Assembly: GCF_036321535.1 (NCBI RefSeq)
Contig: NC_087436.1
Coordinates: 11,594,001-11,658,000 of the forward strand
Direction of reading: 5' to 3'
Length of the DNA: 64,000 nucleotides
Source: Camelus dromedarius
Taxonomy: Eukaryota
Positions 49,953 through 62,449 of this stretch are shown piece after piece; the first letter of the stretch is position 1; each line of letters starts with the position of its first letter. The notes below the pieces were generated by a model. That model saw only the letters and a list, made by a program, of their open reading frames with translations, did not search any database and had not been told where the DNA came from. The position numbers and the translations under genes are program-made.

Positions 49953-50475
49953 TGTTACCGAATCCAAACTTGTTCTTCTTACGGCCCGACAGGCCAATAA
50001 ATCGGGAGACGAGGTGGCAAGGAATAGCAACTTTATTCAAAAAGTCAGCAGGCAGAGAAGAGGGCAGACTAATGAACATCCTGGAGAACCTTATCCAAGT
50101 CAGAATTCAGTCTCCTTTTATACTAAGAAGGAGAGGGGTTGTGGTTGGTTGTTGCAGAATTCTTGGTATAGGAATCCAGAATCCTTTGTCCTTGCAGCTG
50201 TCCACCTATGTCAGGTCATCGTGCCTCTGCAAACCTCGAACAAGACAAATGTTATTCTCTGTTCTGCAACTTTTAATCTCTCTGTGCATTGGAAAGCATT
50301 ATATTCTTAAAGGTCAGGGCCTTGAGAATGGGCTATTTTATATATTTCAAGGCTGTAGGCAGTGTTCTTTTACAAAATGTGCAGAACCAGCATGACGAAG
50401 CACAGACAACAGAGCACAAGGTCAGAGCGAAAGGAACAGTCAAATATGGAGTCAGATTTGTTCTTCCCTGTTACA
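49953..50475 (-). mobile_element. ERV1-class solo LTR, 523 bp
   Basis: TG...CA termini (tgttacc...tgttaca), 4-bp flanks ttac/ttat, minus-strand AATAAA near 50032-50037; inserted in an old L1ME-like tract. Confidence 0.8.
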
Positions 50476-52457
50476 TTATCCTTCCCTTTTCTTACACAAA
50501 AGGTAGCCAACGTGCTGTATACTCTGTACTGTGCCCTTTTTCTCTCAAATTGACAGTATTTCCTGAAGCTGTTTTCACAGCATGAGCTTTCTTGTTCTTT
50601 TTTATAGATGCAGACTATTCCATTGTATAGTTGTACTGTTTTAACTAATTTCAACTGGCGAACTCTTTTTTTTTTTGCAGTTATTAAAAACAGTGCTGCG
50701 GTCAGTGTGCTCTTTAATAAGTGGTCAGGTGCACTTGTAGGATGATTTCAGTATTGCTCTCTGGAGAGCTTGTACTGATTTATTTATATTCCTGCCAGCA
50801 GTATGAAATAGTACACTGTTTCATTTAGTAGGGTTTTGTTTTGTTTTGTTTTTTTGTTTTGTTTTTAATTTTGTCCTTCATGGTTTTGTGGCTTGAGGCC
50901 AAGGAAGAAATGTTCATATCATGTCATTTTTATTGGCAGCAGTGGTAATATGAGAGCATTTAACAAGAGGAACTAAGCATCAGAGAGACAAATAATGATT
51001 TATATCGAGAACATATAAAATGACAGATGGGCAGCACTGACCTTCTTGTCTTCCCACGGAGTCCCTGTGAACCAATTTCTATCCAAACATGTTTTCAGTT
51101 GCTTTTGGTACCTAGAAATTTGAATACGTGTGTAGGAATCTTAAAATTGAGATTTGCCGCTGTCAGTCATGCCAGAGTTCATGTTATTTTAATGTTTTTG
51201 AAAACACATGTAAAATTTTACTGATTCATTAAAGGGATTGTTCGGAGGCCATGATACTTTTTAAATATGTGTTGGAGAAATGGCTTGCCCTGTAGCCAGT
51301 GTCTCACATTAGATGACTAAAATTTGTGACCTCCCCTCACACAAAGATCTTCCTTCTGAGGTGGTCAGGAGTTTCCCTTTATAAATGTGGTTTAGATTTT
51401 GTATATTCCTGTAAAAACTTTGTAAAGCTCCTTTTGCTCTTACAAGTTTGACATCAGGATTTTATTTTTCCCTCTAACATATATAGACTTAAACTTTTTC
51501 CCATTCAGATGACAAGAGTTACTTTATTTTAGTTCAAGAGAATTGGTTATAGGTACTTTTAATATATGTTTTAAGTTTAATGTATGCTATTATATATACA
51601 CTTTTAACATAGGCAACCTTTAGTGTTTTTAGTTTGATACGAAGTGAACTGGTTGAAGTGTTAAGGTCGGTAGGATCATATGCAGAGCAAGCCTGGGCTG
51701 AGAAACAGTAGGAGACGCAGGCTGAGGCATCGGAACACTGAAACAGCAGAAGACATTCTGGAAACAGTGAATGAGGGTCGGGCCAAGGATAGTGGCCCTG
51801 GGTAGTCATGAACCCTGCTGGCTTGTGGGATGAAGTCAGGCCACATGCACTGTGTGAGCTGCTGTAGGTAAGCGGGTGGAGTCTTCAGGTTGAGTGGGAA
51901 GGAGCAGTAAAATGCTCAGATTATTCACAGGACAACTTTGTGCAACCAAAAAATTTCAAAGTATCACTCGTGCCCCGGAGCGCCTTCCCGTGACTGAGCT
52001 GGTCATCTGGTGCATCTGGGTGCATCGGGCGTGTTGCAGCAACAGTCCGACCAAGCTGCTGTCAGTTAGCACAGCAGAATATTTGAATGCTCGTACTGTT
52101 GCTGTAAATAGATGAAAGGCAGGCCTTACAGTGAACTAATTTACAACTGATGCCAAACATGCCTTCATGTTTAGTGATGCACCACGCATTTCCCAGGCCC
52201 TCTCCAAAGAAAATATAATACGGAGGGAGGGCTGAACATTAGATTCCAGCACTGAGAGGTTTCACTAAGTTGTTCAGGTAGAAAGTAGAATGTATGTGAG
52301 GGTTGGAACTATTTAAAGATTTGTATATGTGTGCAGTGACATTTTCTTTGAACATTTCTTCTTTCTCCACTTTTCGTTTAGACTAGTGTTTTGGTAATTG
52401 GTGAGGGGGATGGGGTTCATTTGTTTGAATAACAGCTATGTTATGGTTTTGACAGTA

Positions 52458-52600
52458 TAGTTGTTCCAGTGTATTCCTGGGGGACTGGTTCCAGGAGCCC
52501 CGCTGATACCAGCATCCGCGGATGCGCAAGTCCTCTGTATAAAATGCTGGAGGATGAATACAGTTGGGTTTCACAGCCACGGATAGGAGAGGGCCGACCA
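52458..52600 (+). mobile_element. Internally deleted MER2-type element
   Basis: gggggactggttccaggagccccgctgataccagcatccgcggatgcgcaagtcc...gagggccgacca; inverted homolog of 26609-26934. Confidence 0.75.
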
Positions 52601-53649
52601 TACAGTTGTAATAGTTGACTGTATTCCGTGCCCTCTTAACTTCCCTTTATCACTAGTAAAGAGCACTCAATGAATTGAGAGCCCAGACTTGACTTCAGAT
52701 AGAGTTTACTAGTGTCCTTATTTCTAAATTAATGTAATTGCTAATTTTTTTTTAAAAAACCACCAGATTTGCTTTTTTAGCAAGTCTGTTTTTCATATTG
52801 ATGAGACAGAGTCTAGGGTAACTCATACAGTCATGATATAGAGAAGTTATGTTCTCTTTGTTGTGTTTGTTACCACTAGAGATTTTTCCTGCAATGAGAA
52901 GTATGAGGAGGCTAGGAGTCTCTTTGGTTCAGATTTTAAAATTGTAAAGAAGCTTGGTGCAAAATCATTATAGACCTATGTTTGGAAGTGAAAATATTTT
53001 ATGAGTAGGAAAAAGAGGTTTGTATGCACTTGTCTTTTGTTCAGGAGCTACTGTGTATTTATCTTTGAATTTCCAAGTTGCTGTCATAAACATTTTTTAG
53101 TTTATATACTGTTGCCAGATTTTCACTAAAATGAATTTATCTCTTAATATTTGGGAACTTCAAATATAAAGAATCTCTTTAATGTTTTTCTTATGTTCAT
53201 TCTTTAAAAAGCAAATCTGGCCACTGAAGAAAAGTTTTTCCTTATTTTTTATACGTAAAGACTTTTGAAATATTTTTTATGTAAATATTGTGTGAGGTGA
53301 GGAAATAGTAGGATCATATTCAGATGTAGAAAGGACCCTTGTAATTAATTATGGTGATTTATTAAAATCTGTAACCCTATTTAAAATTTACACTAGGTTT
53401 TAAAGTACTGTTGTGATGTAATATTGTAATAACTAGATAAATTAAAACTAATAAATTATAAGAAATATAAAAATAGTAAATTATAAGGACTAGGTATATG
53501 TTAAAAATGTATATTTAAATTTAACCTTTAGTTGGTATTTTTTCAAATACCCATTTTACTTTTTTCCAGTTTGACTTTTGATTACAGATTCAGTTACAAA
53601 TTAATCATTCATGTTGTTCTTCAATAGTGCATTTTTGGACTAATACTCT

Positions 53650-54850
53650 TGATGTATTTGTTAGAGCACTTGTAGGTTTATAGACAAATGGGGTGGGCAG
53701 TGCCAAGTTCTTCCTGTATGGTCCCTCTCCCTATGGTTTCTATTAACGTCTTGCTTTAGTGTGGTGCATTTGTTACAGACAATGAGCCAGTACTGACTGA
53801 TACGTTATTATTAACTGAAGTCCTGGTGTATGTTAGGGTGCACTGTGTTGTACATTCTGTGGGTTTTGACCCGTGTATACTGACGTGCATCCACCATTAT
53901 CCTCAAGCTCAGGTTCTTTCCTCTGTCGTGTCCAGTCTACTAATAAACCCATCAAAGGCATTCTTCATTTTCCTCACCGTGTTTCTGATCTCTAGCATTT
54001 CTTCTTGGTTCTCTCTTAGAAGTTCCATCCCTCTGTTCATATTACCCATCTGTTCTTGCGTGCTGTCTACTTTACCCATTAGGCCCCCTTCGTATATTTA
54101 TCATAGTTGTTTTAAATTGTGTTTTAAATTTCCGCTCTGGTAAATCCAGCATCCTGGCCATGTCTGGTTCTGATGCTTGCTCTGTCTCTTCAAGTTGTGT
54201 TTTTGCCTTTTGGAATGCCTTGTAATTTTTTCTTGATAGCCAGACCAGTGAAAGGAACTGCTGTAAACAGGCCTTTCATGCAGTGGTGGTGAGGTGTGGG
54301 AGGGCAGCCTTCTGTGGCCCTGTGATTAGGTCTCAGTTTGTTAGTGAGCCTGTGGCTCTGGACTGTGGAACCTCACAAGTATTTCTCAGGTTTCTCTCTC
54401 CCTCCCGAGGCGGGACAGGATGGCTGGAGTGGGCGGGAGTTGGGTGTTTCCCTTCCTCGGGTCAGTTACGCTCTGAAAAACTAGCTTCTGCTGAGGGCAG
54501 GCATGGTTAAGAACAGTACTTTGGATATTTCAAATTATTTCATTTTTCCTCCTCACTCCAGAAGCCAGAGGGGATTTTGCTCTGATATTTACTGTGGGAA
54601 CTGGGTCAACCTCCTAGATGTAAATCTCACTGTATTGTGAGGATCCTTCTATGACTGAGCCCCGCTGAAGTTTTAAATCTCAGAGTGTCCATGCTGAGGC
54701 TTCCTGCCCTGGCACGAGTTCCCACGTGGAATCTGCTTGTGACTCTCTGCCCCTCAGCTGCAGCTCCCAGTATTCTCCTGTTGCTCTCCCCAGCCTTGAG
54801 GGCATGGGTCTGCCCTGTGTCCACTGAAAGGGAAGCCGACTAATCCTTTT
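53650..54850 (-). mobile_element. Old L1 fragments (3'UTR piece joined to ORF1/5' region)
   Basis: tgtggtgcatttgttacagacaatgagccagtactga...; tccagtctactaataaacccatcaaaggcattcttcattt. Confidence 0.7.
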
Positions 54851-55029
54851 TATGGTGTGTTGAAACACATATTTGAAATGAATCTTTTATTTCATTTTAG
54901 AAAAGCCTTTTTAAAAAAATTACTATTAGAATTTGGTTAGTTGTAAAGACCCAGAAAATACCTACAACTTCTGGCAGGTCTTTACTTTAGACTGCAGGGA
55001 TTGTAATACAGTAAGAGCAAGATCTGAAT

Positions 55030-55230
55030 CCTCACTCGTTACCACGCACAGATCTAGGTGCTTGTAAACAATTTATTTAATCCTCACAGCAATCTTGTTA
55101 GGTAAGGTATTTTTATTACCTAACCCTAATGTACAGACGAGGAAACCAAGGCTTAGAGAAATTACAAAACTTGTCCAAGGGTTTACAGGCTAGCACATGG
55201 CAGAGCTGGGATTCCACCACCACCTTTCCT
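55030..55230 (-). mobile_element. MIR remnant
   Basis: atttaatcctcacagcaatcttg...tacagacgaggaaaccaaggcttagaga...ttgtccaagg. Confidence 0.8.
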
Positions 55231-56039
55231 TGTGAGCTCACACTTTAAAATGACAGCTGGGCTTGCGGGAAAGGATACTTTGTAAATATATATATATTTT
55301 TTTAAGTTTTAAAGTCATGGATTATACTAATAGCTCCCACTTCCCCCACCTTTGAGGAGTTGGGTATATTTGTGAAATTAAAGAGAGTCCCCTCCCCCAA
55401 GTATTTTAAGAATTACTAATTTCACTGGTTTCTGGAAAGGGGTTGAGAGTATAAAACAGTGTAACTTAATTCCTAAAAAAGCTGCTTACATGGAATTCAG
55501 AACTATCTATATTATAGACTAGTTCTGCTCTTTTTAAATGATGGTCATATATTCAGATGGACCAGTGTTTAAGATTTCTTTGTTTAGTTTAGTCTTTAGT
55601 TTTCAAATTAAGCAGCTTTCCCTCTTTATCCCATTATGTTCTAAAGCTCTCTGTTTTACCTAATAAAGTCAAGTGTGTGAATGTACTTTATCTGATTTAT
55701 GTAAACAAAAGGTTTTACAAATTTTAATACTGATAGTCCTACGACCATGTAAGGAATAGATATTTAACTCTAAAATACCACCTTATGAAACAGAAGTGAT
55801 TCAGCTGCGTGAACAGTAAGGCTGCCTTCCTGCAGGTGCTTTCCCTTTGTCACTCAGGGACAGACGACTTCCCCAGGTGAGTTGTCTGGGTTCCTCTTGC
55901 TAGTTCTTGCCTTAAGGAAGTACACTTGGTTTTCTCACTCATTGGTTAGATTAAGAAAAGCCTCTTCTTTTTTAAGCAGTTTGAAATGATAATAGTGGAA
56001 TGCTGGTGTTAATGGATTTTCTCTGTAATCTCCAAACAG

Positions 56040-56149
56040 AGCAGCACTTTGCAGACGTCGTGCTCAGTGAGGAGTTTCTCAACCTCGGCATTGAGCAAGT
56101 GTGCAGCTTAATCTCAAGTGACAAACTTACCATTTCTTCAGAAGAGAAG
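56040..56149 (+). CDS. KLHL2: KLHL2 coding exon (BACK domain; probably exon 6), 110 bp, phase 1 to 0
   Basis: Not in the ORF track; read directly: ctccaaacag|AG CAG CAC TTT... = (E)QHFADVVLSEEFLNLGIEQVCSLISSDKLTISSEEK, then donor AAG|gtgagt. Confidence 0.96.
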
Positions 56150-56790
56150 GTGAGTGTAGTTTTCTTTTCCTAGTGTACAGTGACACCGTATTTTTCCTTT
56201 TGCTTTGTTTTGTAACTTTGTGATCCTGTATGTGTAGTGACAGCCAGTGATCTTTGATCGGAAAGTTGAGAAACGCAGCCAGTTGACTAGTTGGTTGTGT
56301 AAATGACCATGTGTCCTCACTGCCAAGGAGCTTCCCAAAATCAGACGCCAGGGTTTTGTACTTGACCCACAGCAGGAGCCTGCACACATTAAACGGTCTG
56401 AAACAGGGACCTTCGGGGAACTGGCTTTCTCCCCACAGCTAGACACCTGAAAGAACTGTGATGTAAACACAGTGTTCTCAAGCCAAGTGATTTCACCACC
56501 TTGTGAGTTGGAAGAAGTCACCCAGGGTAGCCAAGTTTAGCTACTCCAGACTGAGCCTCTTCCTTTAGATTTGGCCCTTGCAGCTCACACCCTACCCTCC
56601 CCGGGCTTCCTTCTCCCCTTCAGAGCCTGTGCAGCTGCTTTGTCTGGTTGGGGCCTCTGTCTCTCTGCACTTGGGGTTGCCTTTGTCAGCCACCCGATCA
56701 CTGGAGAGAGAAGCTTCTCTTAATGGATTTGTTCTTTCAGTAGGTATTATAGCCTGTGGAAATCAGGGCACAAAAGCTTATGAACACCTT

Positions 56791-56900
56791 GTATTCTAAG
56801 GGAAGTGGGCTGGAAAGAGAAAGAAAAATGCCATATGATATCACTTACATGTGGAATCTAAAAACAAAAAACAAACAAACAAAAGGACACAAATGAACTA
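56791..56900 (+). mobile_element. Short L1 3'UTR fragment
   Basis: gaaagagaaagaaaaatgccatatgatatcacttacatgtggaatctaaaaa, homologous to the reverse complement of 37505-37570. Confidence 0.8.
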
Positions 56901-57944
56901 CTTATTATTTATAACCTAGATGATTGATTTCTTGAGTATATTTCTTGAATATAAGCATATTTGACTGTCCTTTATGATTAGATTACCACATTCTGTTGAT
57001 TCTTTGTGGTTGGCTTTATTCCTTTGATAACTTTGTAAGTTTAAAAAACTAAAGCTCTAATCTCTTCTTAGAAACAATGATCAGTACATATATATAAACT
57101 ACAAATGTGTGCAGTAAACTGTACATATGTTTTACATGCAATATAATGTATATGTGCAAACTGTAATAATTCTACCTAATAAAACTGAAAAAGGAAAAAA
57201 AATGCTGCATTTGGAGGAATTAAAATTTGAGTTTTTCCTTTGTGTGCTTTCCATGTAAAGTTGTATAAACTTTAGTTCTCTTCCCCAAGGATATTCATCC
57301 TACCTGGGGGCAGAAAGACACATTTCTTTTAATACGATATATGAAAAAGTAAGTGCAAGTGTTTGTGAGATGTACAATCTTAGCACCCTAGAAATAAAGA
57401 GGAGAGGAAGACACTACTGTTTGTATTTAGTGGACACACTTTGAGTACCTACTATGAGCAGACAGTGCCGTGGAGTGCTAGATATGAGAAGATTAACAAA
57501 ATAAAATTCTTTACTCGTGGCTGGAGGAACAACTGGTGGGGTAACAGATGATCACAGACTGCTGTGGGGCCCAGTAGGAGCATTTAATCATTCCTGGGAT
57601 AGAGATGGGAGGTCAGTGTGGCTCAGATGTGTGATGCAAGTTTTTAAAGCGAGTATGAGTTTGCCAGCGAAATAAGGGTGAGTGAGAATGGGAAGGGCAG
57701 TCCAGGCAGAGGGAACAGAATATGTAAGTGTAAAAGGTGTGAGAGAATGAGTGCATTCAGTTGGTTCGGTGAGATTAGAGTTCAGACCGTGTTGGCAGAG
57801 TGGTAGGAGATAAAATGGGAAGATGACATAAGGTACCTTCTCAGCCACATTAAAGAAGATCGATTTTATCCCAGTGATGATGAGGCTGTGACAGGAGGAG
57901 GATGGCATGATGATAGCTGCACTGTGGAAATGTCACAGAAGCTG

Positions 57945-58551
57945 TTTTGGTTTTCCCCTGCTGTGTAACAACCGTCCCAAAATGTAGTGACATAAAATAA
58001 CCATATTATGCTCATGATTCGTGGGCAGGATTCACACAGGGCACACGGGGACAGCTTGTCTCTGCTCTGCTCCCCAGTGCCCAGAGCTGCAGCTGGGCTG
58101 GCTTGAAAGGCTGGAGACATGGCTCTGGTGTGGTTCTCCTGGAGCATATACCTGAGGCATCAGTCCTTCTGCACATGGCGTCTTGTGTGCCTGGAACATC
58201 TGGGTGGTCCCTTCACTCACTTGTCTGGCTCCTGGGCTGGGGCTGGTTGGCATCTCTCTCCCGTTCCCTCTCCCCTTCCTCTGTGACTAGCTTGGGTCTC
58301 TTGTAGCTTGTCATCTCCAGTAATCAGCCTTCTTACATGACTTCTGGCTTCCCCCAAATGAGCATTTCAAGAGACCAGAGAGAAAGCTGAAAGGTGTCTT
58401 ATGACCCAGCTTCAGAAGCCCCACAGCGCCGCCTCCACCACCACCTGTGGGCTACCCAGGACCAGCTCCCACTCCCTGGGGGCGGGCACTCGTAAGGTGT
58501 GGAGACCACAGAGGTGTTTAGTAAGGACCATTTCTGGAGAGTGGCTACCAA
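57945..58551 (-). mobile_element. MaLR MLT1-type solo LTR inside an L2 remnant
   Basis: gctgtgtaacaaccgtcccaaaatgtagtgacataaaataacc...cttatgacccagcttcagaag...ggagagtggctacca. Confidence 0.75.
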
Positions 58552-59418
58552 GTAGTGCTGTGCAGAGCGGACCAAAAGTGGGCTGAGAGTCAGACAGGAG
58601 GGCACTGAAGTTACCAGTGAGCATAGGATCTGATGTAGGGTGGTAGAAACAGGAGTGGAGAAGAGAGGGCAGAGCAGAGAAGCAGTGAGGAGCCGGGACT
58701 GAGAGGACCCTCTGTCTCTAGCATCTGGCACATAGACATACTCAGGTGCTGACTGAATTAATTACAGAGGTATGTTAATTATAATGTAGATTATTTTTAG
58801 TTTCTTGCTTAATTCCTACATCAAAATAACCTATTTTTTGCTCCCGGTTATCTGCTTAGATATCATCTAGCATTTTCTGCAACCCTTTAAAGATTATTGG
58901 GTTATATATTCATCAGTCTGGAAGGGAATTATATAGTCAAATTCTGTCTTCATATTTGTTTATTAAGCTTTCTCATAGATATATGTTGTAATTCCCTTAT
59001 TGTTTGGATTTTTAATTCAAAATATTACATTTAGTACATTCTACTATTGTGACAAGAGTTATTGTAGTCTACAGACCCTCGGTTTAGAAGTATCTGATCC
59101 AACATTTGTTTGTAGGTTTCCTGAGGAAAAATCCAAAAATGAATTGTTAAGAGTGCATGATTTTCTTTCCAGATATCACTTTGCTTTATTATCTTGGGTG
59201 CTTTATTTCAAAGGGACTTGAGATTTTAATCTATAAGTAAGTAGAGCCAAATTCAATTTGAAAACATTGTCAACAGTGAATTAGATCATATATCATCAGA
59301 TCATTACTGCTACCACTAAAATTCAAGATCAGATATTGTACTTGGTGAAATGCATAGTAAATAACAAGTAAAAAGTATTCACTAAGCACATAAAAGTACT
59401 TAATAAAGTACCTACTAA

Positions 59419-60110
59419 ATTAAAAGTAGATATACCATATGATCCAGCAATCCCACTTCTGGGTATATATCCAGAGGAAATACAAGCAGAATCCTGAAGA
59501 GATATCTGCACTCTCATGTTTGCTGCGGCGTTTTTCACAGTAGCCAAGATGTGGAGGCAACTGAGTGTCCATCAGTGGATGAAAGGATAGAGGAGAAGTG
59601 GTATATACATGCCATGGGATGTTATTCAGCCATAAAAAGAAGAAAACCTTCCATTTGTGACAACATGGATGGACCTTGAGGGCATTATGCTATGTGAAAT
59701 TAGTCAGAGAAACACACATACTGTGTGATCTCACTTGTATGCAGACTCTAAATAAGTAGAACTCATAGAAACAGAGTTGAGTGGTGGTTACCAGGCGCTG
59801 GGGGTGGGGGAATTGAAGGGATGTCAGTCAAAGGGTACCATCTTCTAGTTATAAGATGAGTAAGTTCTAGACATGTAATGTACAGCATGGTGACTACAGT
59901 TAACAATACTGTATTACATACTCGAAAGTTGCTGAGGGTAGATCATTAATGTTCTAACCACAAAAAAGAAATGACAGTTATGTGACATGATGCAGGTGTT
60001 AGCTAAAGCTGTGGTCGTCATCATTTTGTCACATATATCAAGTCAACATGTTGTCCACTTTAAACTTAGTGTTATCTGTTAATTTTATCTCAATAAAGCT
60101 GGAAAAAAAA
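59419..60110 (+). mobile_element. L1MA/MB-type 3' end
   Basis: gatccagcaatcccacttctgggtatatatcc...atctcaataaagctggaaaaaaaa; flanking repeat aagtacctactaa / aagtacttactaa. Confidence 0.88.
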
Positions 60111-60317
60111 TTAAGTACTTACTAAGTACCAAATTAAAAAAACAGAAAGAAGTGGTTTTTTAAGTATATCACAAGTCAGGATTTGAAAAATTTGAGCCAT
60201 GGATCAGACTTTTGTCTTGGTGAGAGTTGTGTATAAATGTAATCTCGTCATATTTTATTCATATGACTTGGTATATAAGTGATTACTTATTTTTCTTTCC
60301 CCCATATTTTCTGCAAG

Positions 60318-60434
60318 GTATTTGAAGCAGTCATAGCTTGGGTGAATCATGACAAAGATGTAAGGCAAGAATTTATGGCTCGGCTGATGGAACATGTACG
60401 GTTACCGTTGCTTCCTCGGGAATATTTAGTTCAG
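60318..60434 (+). CDS. KLHL2: KLHL2 coding exon (BACK domain; probably exon 7), 117 bp, phase 0 to 0
   Basis: Acceptor ttttctgcaag|GTA; VFEAVIAWVNHDKDVRQEFMARLMEHVRLPLLPREYLVQ; donor CAG|gtaaaa. Confidence 0.96.
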
Positions 60435-61014
60435 GTAAAAACGTATGAAAACACATCAGTACACGTCGCACCGTGTCAGTGGGCTGACAGCACTTAGATT
60501 CCTGACACACAGTGGCAAGAGCTGCAGGACACAGGGCTGGTAGGCCCAGGGCAGAGGACCGGAAACACAGCTCCAGTCCTGACAGCTGCTCATTCTTGGG
60601 CTCCTGCCTGCTCTTACGAGTTTGGTCCTCCCGTTTCTGATTTGTGTGAGCGAGTACTAGAGCTTATTCAGCTGGTACTTGTGGTGATTTAAGTCTGTGT
60701 AAATAAATACACTGTGGTTCCATATCACTGCTCTGCATCTCCTCGGCTTCCCTTTTGGTGGCCTCCTCTGATTGCCCTGTAGAAGTAGAATTTTGTCATT
60801 CAACCCAATGTTTCATTTTCCTTCATAATTTCACAGTGACATGCATTTGGTTTCTGTCTTTATTTCTAAGGTGGGGAAAACCAGGTTATTTGAAATGAAA
60901 GCAATAAATGGATTTTTAGTAGTCTCAGAACAATTTTAAATTCACTTTTATTATTAGCATCCTACTAAGGATATTTCAGTATTTTAATTTATAATTGAAA
61001 ACATCTAATGGAAA

Positions 61015-61170
61015 TTTTTTAATTGAATGAAAGGTTCTTTAAATTCTGTGGTGCTTTACAATTTTCAAAAGTTTCACACACATGATTTCATATAATCCCA
61101 TAATAACCCTCTTTTTCCTCCCCTACCCTTATATTGACCCCCCTTCCCTCTCCCCACTGGTACCACTGTA
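61015..61170 (-). mobile_element. Short L1 3' end
   Basis: Reverse complement reads cagtggggagagggaagggg...gggattatatgaaatcatgtgtgtgaaacttttg...ttcaattaaaaaa. Confidence 0.75.
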
Positions 61171-61795
61171 TTAGGAGATTAGATCTGAGCATTTTAGAAT
61201 TTCTTGAAGCCTCATTATTTGTTGTAATCGTTGTAATCATTGGTACTCTGCTTTTAAGAAATGAATAGAAAAAAACCTGTCCTGCACTTAAGGTTGGGGG
61301 TAGCAAGGACAAGGTTTATTTTGATGTGGGCACATTGTATGAAGTATTTTGAATCCCTTTTCTGGCTATTGTATTTGCCTTCTTTGGTTTGAAAAAAAAG
61401 TCTTTAATTTATAAATATTGCCTCCCCCACCTGAGGGACTCATTATCTAAATTTTCTTATTTTTCTTACTATTTAGCTTGATGTTTAAAGGTAAGAAATA
61501 AGTGAACATAATGTTATGTAAAGATGATTCTATAGCTGACATTGAAGTATATCATTGTCACTGCAGTTCTTCTTTATTACTTGTATATGTTTTTCTGTTG
61601 CAGACCAGATACTCAAGCATCTTCTGGCATCATTTCCTTTTCTCTCAGTGATATTTATAAACTTTTCCTCTGTAACTTTTAGACTGAGCCAGAGAGGATA
61701 GTTACTGCTTTTTTCCTCTTCTTTACTTGTTTCTCTGTCGGTTTGGTCATGAAGTGGCTGTCCCCTCATGGGCTGTGTCTGCTCTCTTCTCCCAG

Positions 61796-61945
61796 AGGGT
61801 GGAGGAGGAAGCGCTGGTGAAGAACAGCAGTGCTTGCAAAGATTACCTCATTGAAGCCATGAAGTACCACCTGCTACCGACAGAGCAGCGTGTCCTGATG
61901 AAGAGCGTCCGGACCCGCCTGAGGACGCCCATGAACCTTCCCAAA
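61796..61945 (+). CDS. KLHL2: KLHL2 coding exon (BACK end/linker before kelch repeats; probably exon 8), 150 bp, phase 0 to 0
   Basis: Acceptor ctcttctcccag|AGG; RVEEEALVKNSSACKDYLIEAMKYHLLPTEQRVLMKSVRTRLRTPMNLPK; donor AAA|gtagga. Confidence 0.96.
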
Positions 61946-62449
61946 GTAGGATCCGATGTTCATACTTGTTCCTACCTCATCAGAAAGGCCCATAGTGAGG
62001 CTGTTGATATTTTTACTTATCTGAATTCCCGTGTGCCCCAGGAATTCATCGTAGTGTTTACAATGCAACCTCTCTATTGATTGTGTCTGTGGAGGGTGGG
62101 GGTTGTTTGGCTCATATGATTTTTATAAACTGCATGATGTCACTCTTCCTGGAACAGAGGCAACCAGTATTTGTCCCACCTGGGTTTGTTTGTTTTTTTA
62201 GCTCAGTTGTAGCAGAAAGGAAAATCAGACCAGGTAGAAAGATTTCTTTATAGCCACGTGTTTAGATGATAACAGAAAACCGAGCAGTTTCGCAGAATTG
62301 CTGAGAACTAAGGAGCGTAGCCTGTTCAGCTGGCGCCTTCCTCCTCTCTGTTGTGTGCTCTTTGATGGTTCACTCACACATCACACGTAGCCACTTCAGT
62401 GCAGGTTTTCCATTCGTCTTCCCTCATCTCTAGTGTTCACGTATTCCTG

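Noticed and set aside
49931..50654. Five overlapping ORFs up to 154 aa
   Set aside because: They lie in a solo LTR and flanking L1; no retroviral protein motifs.
32141..56039. Glycerol kinase retrocopy, which I recall lying in a human KLHL2 intron
   Set aside because: No glycerol-kinase-like ORF or peptide is visible here; the recollection could not be verified.
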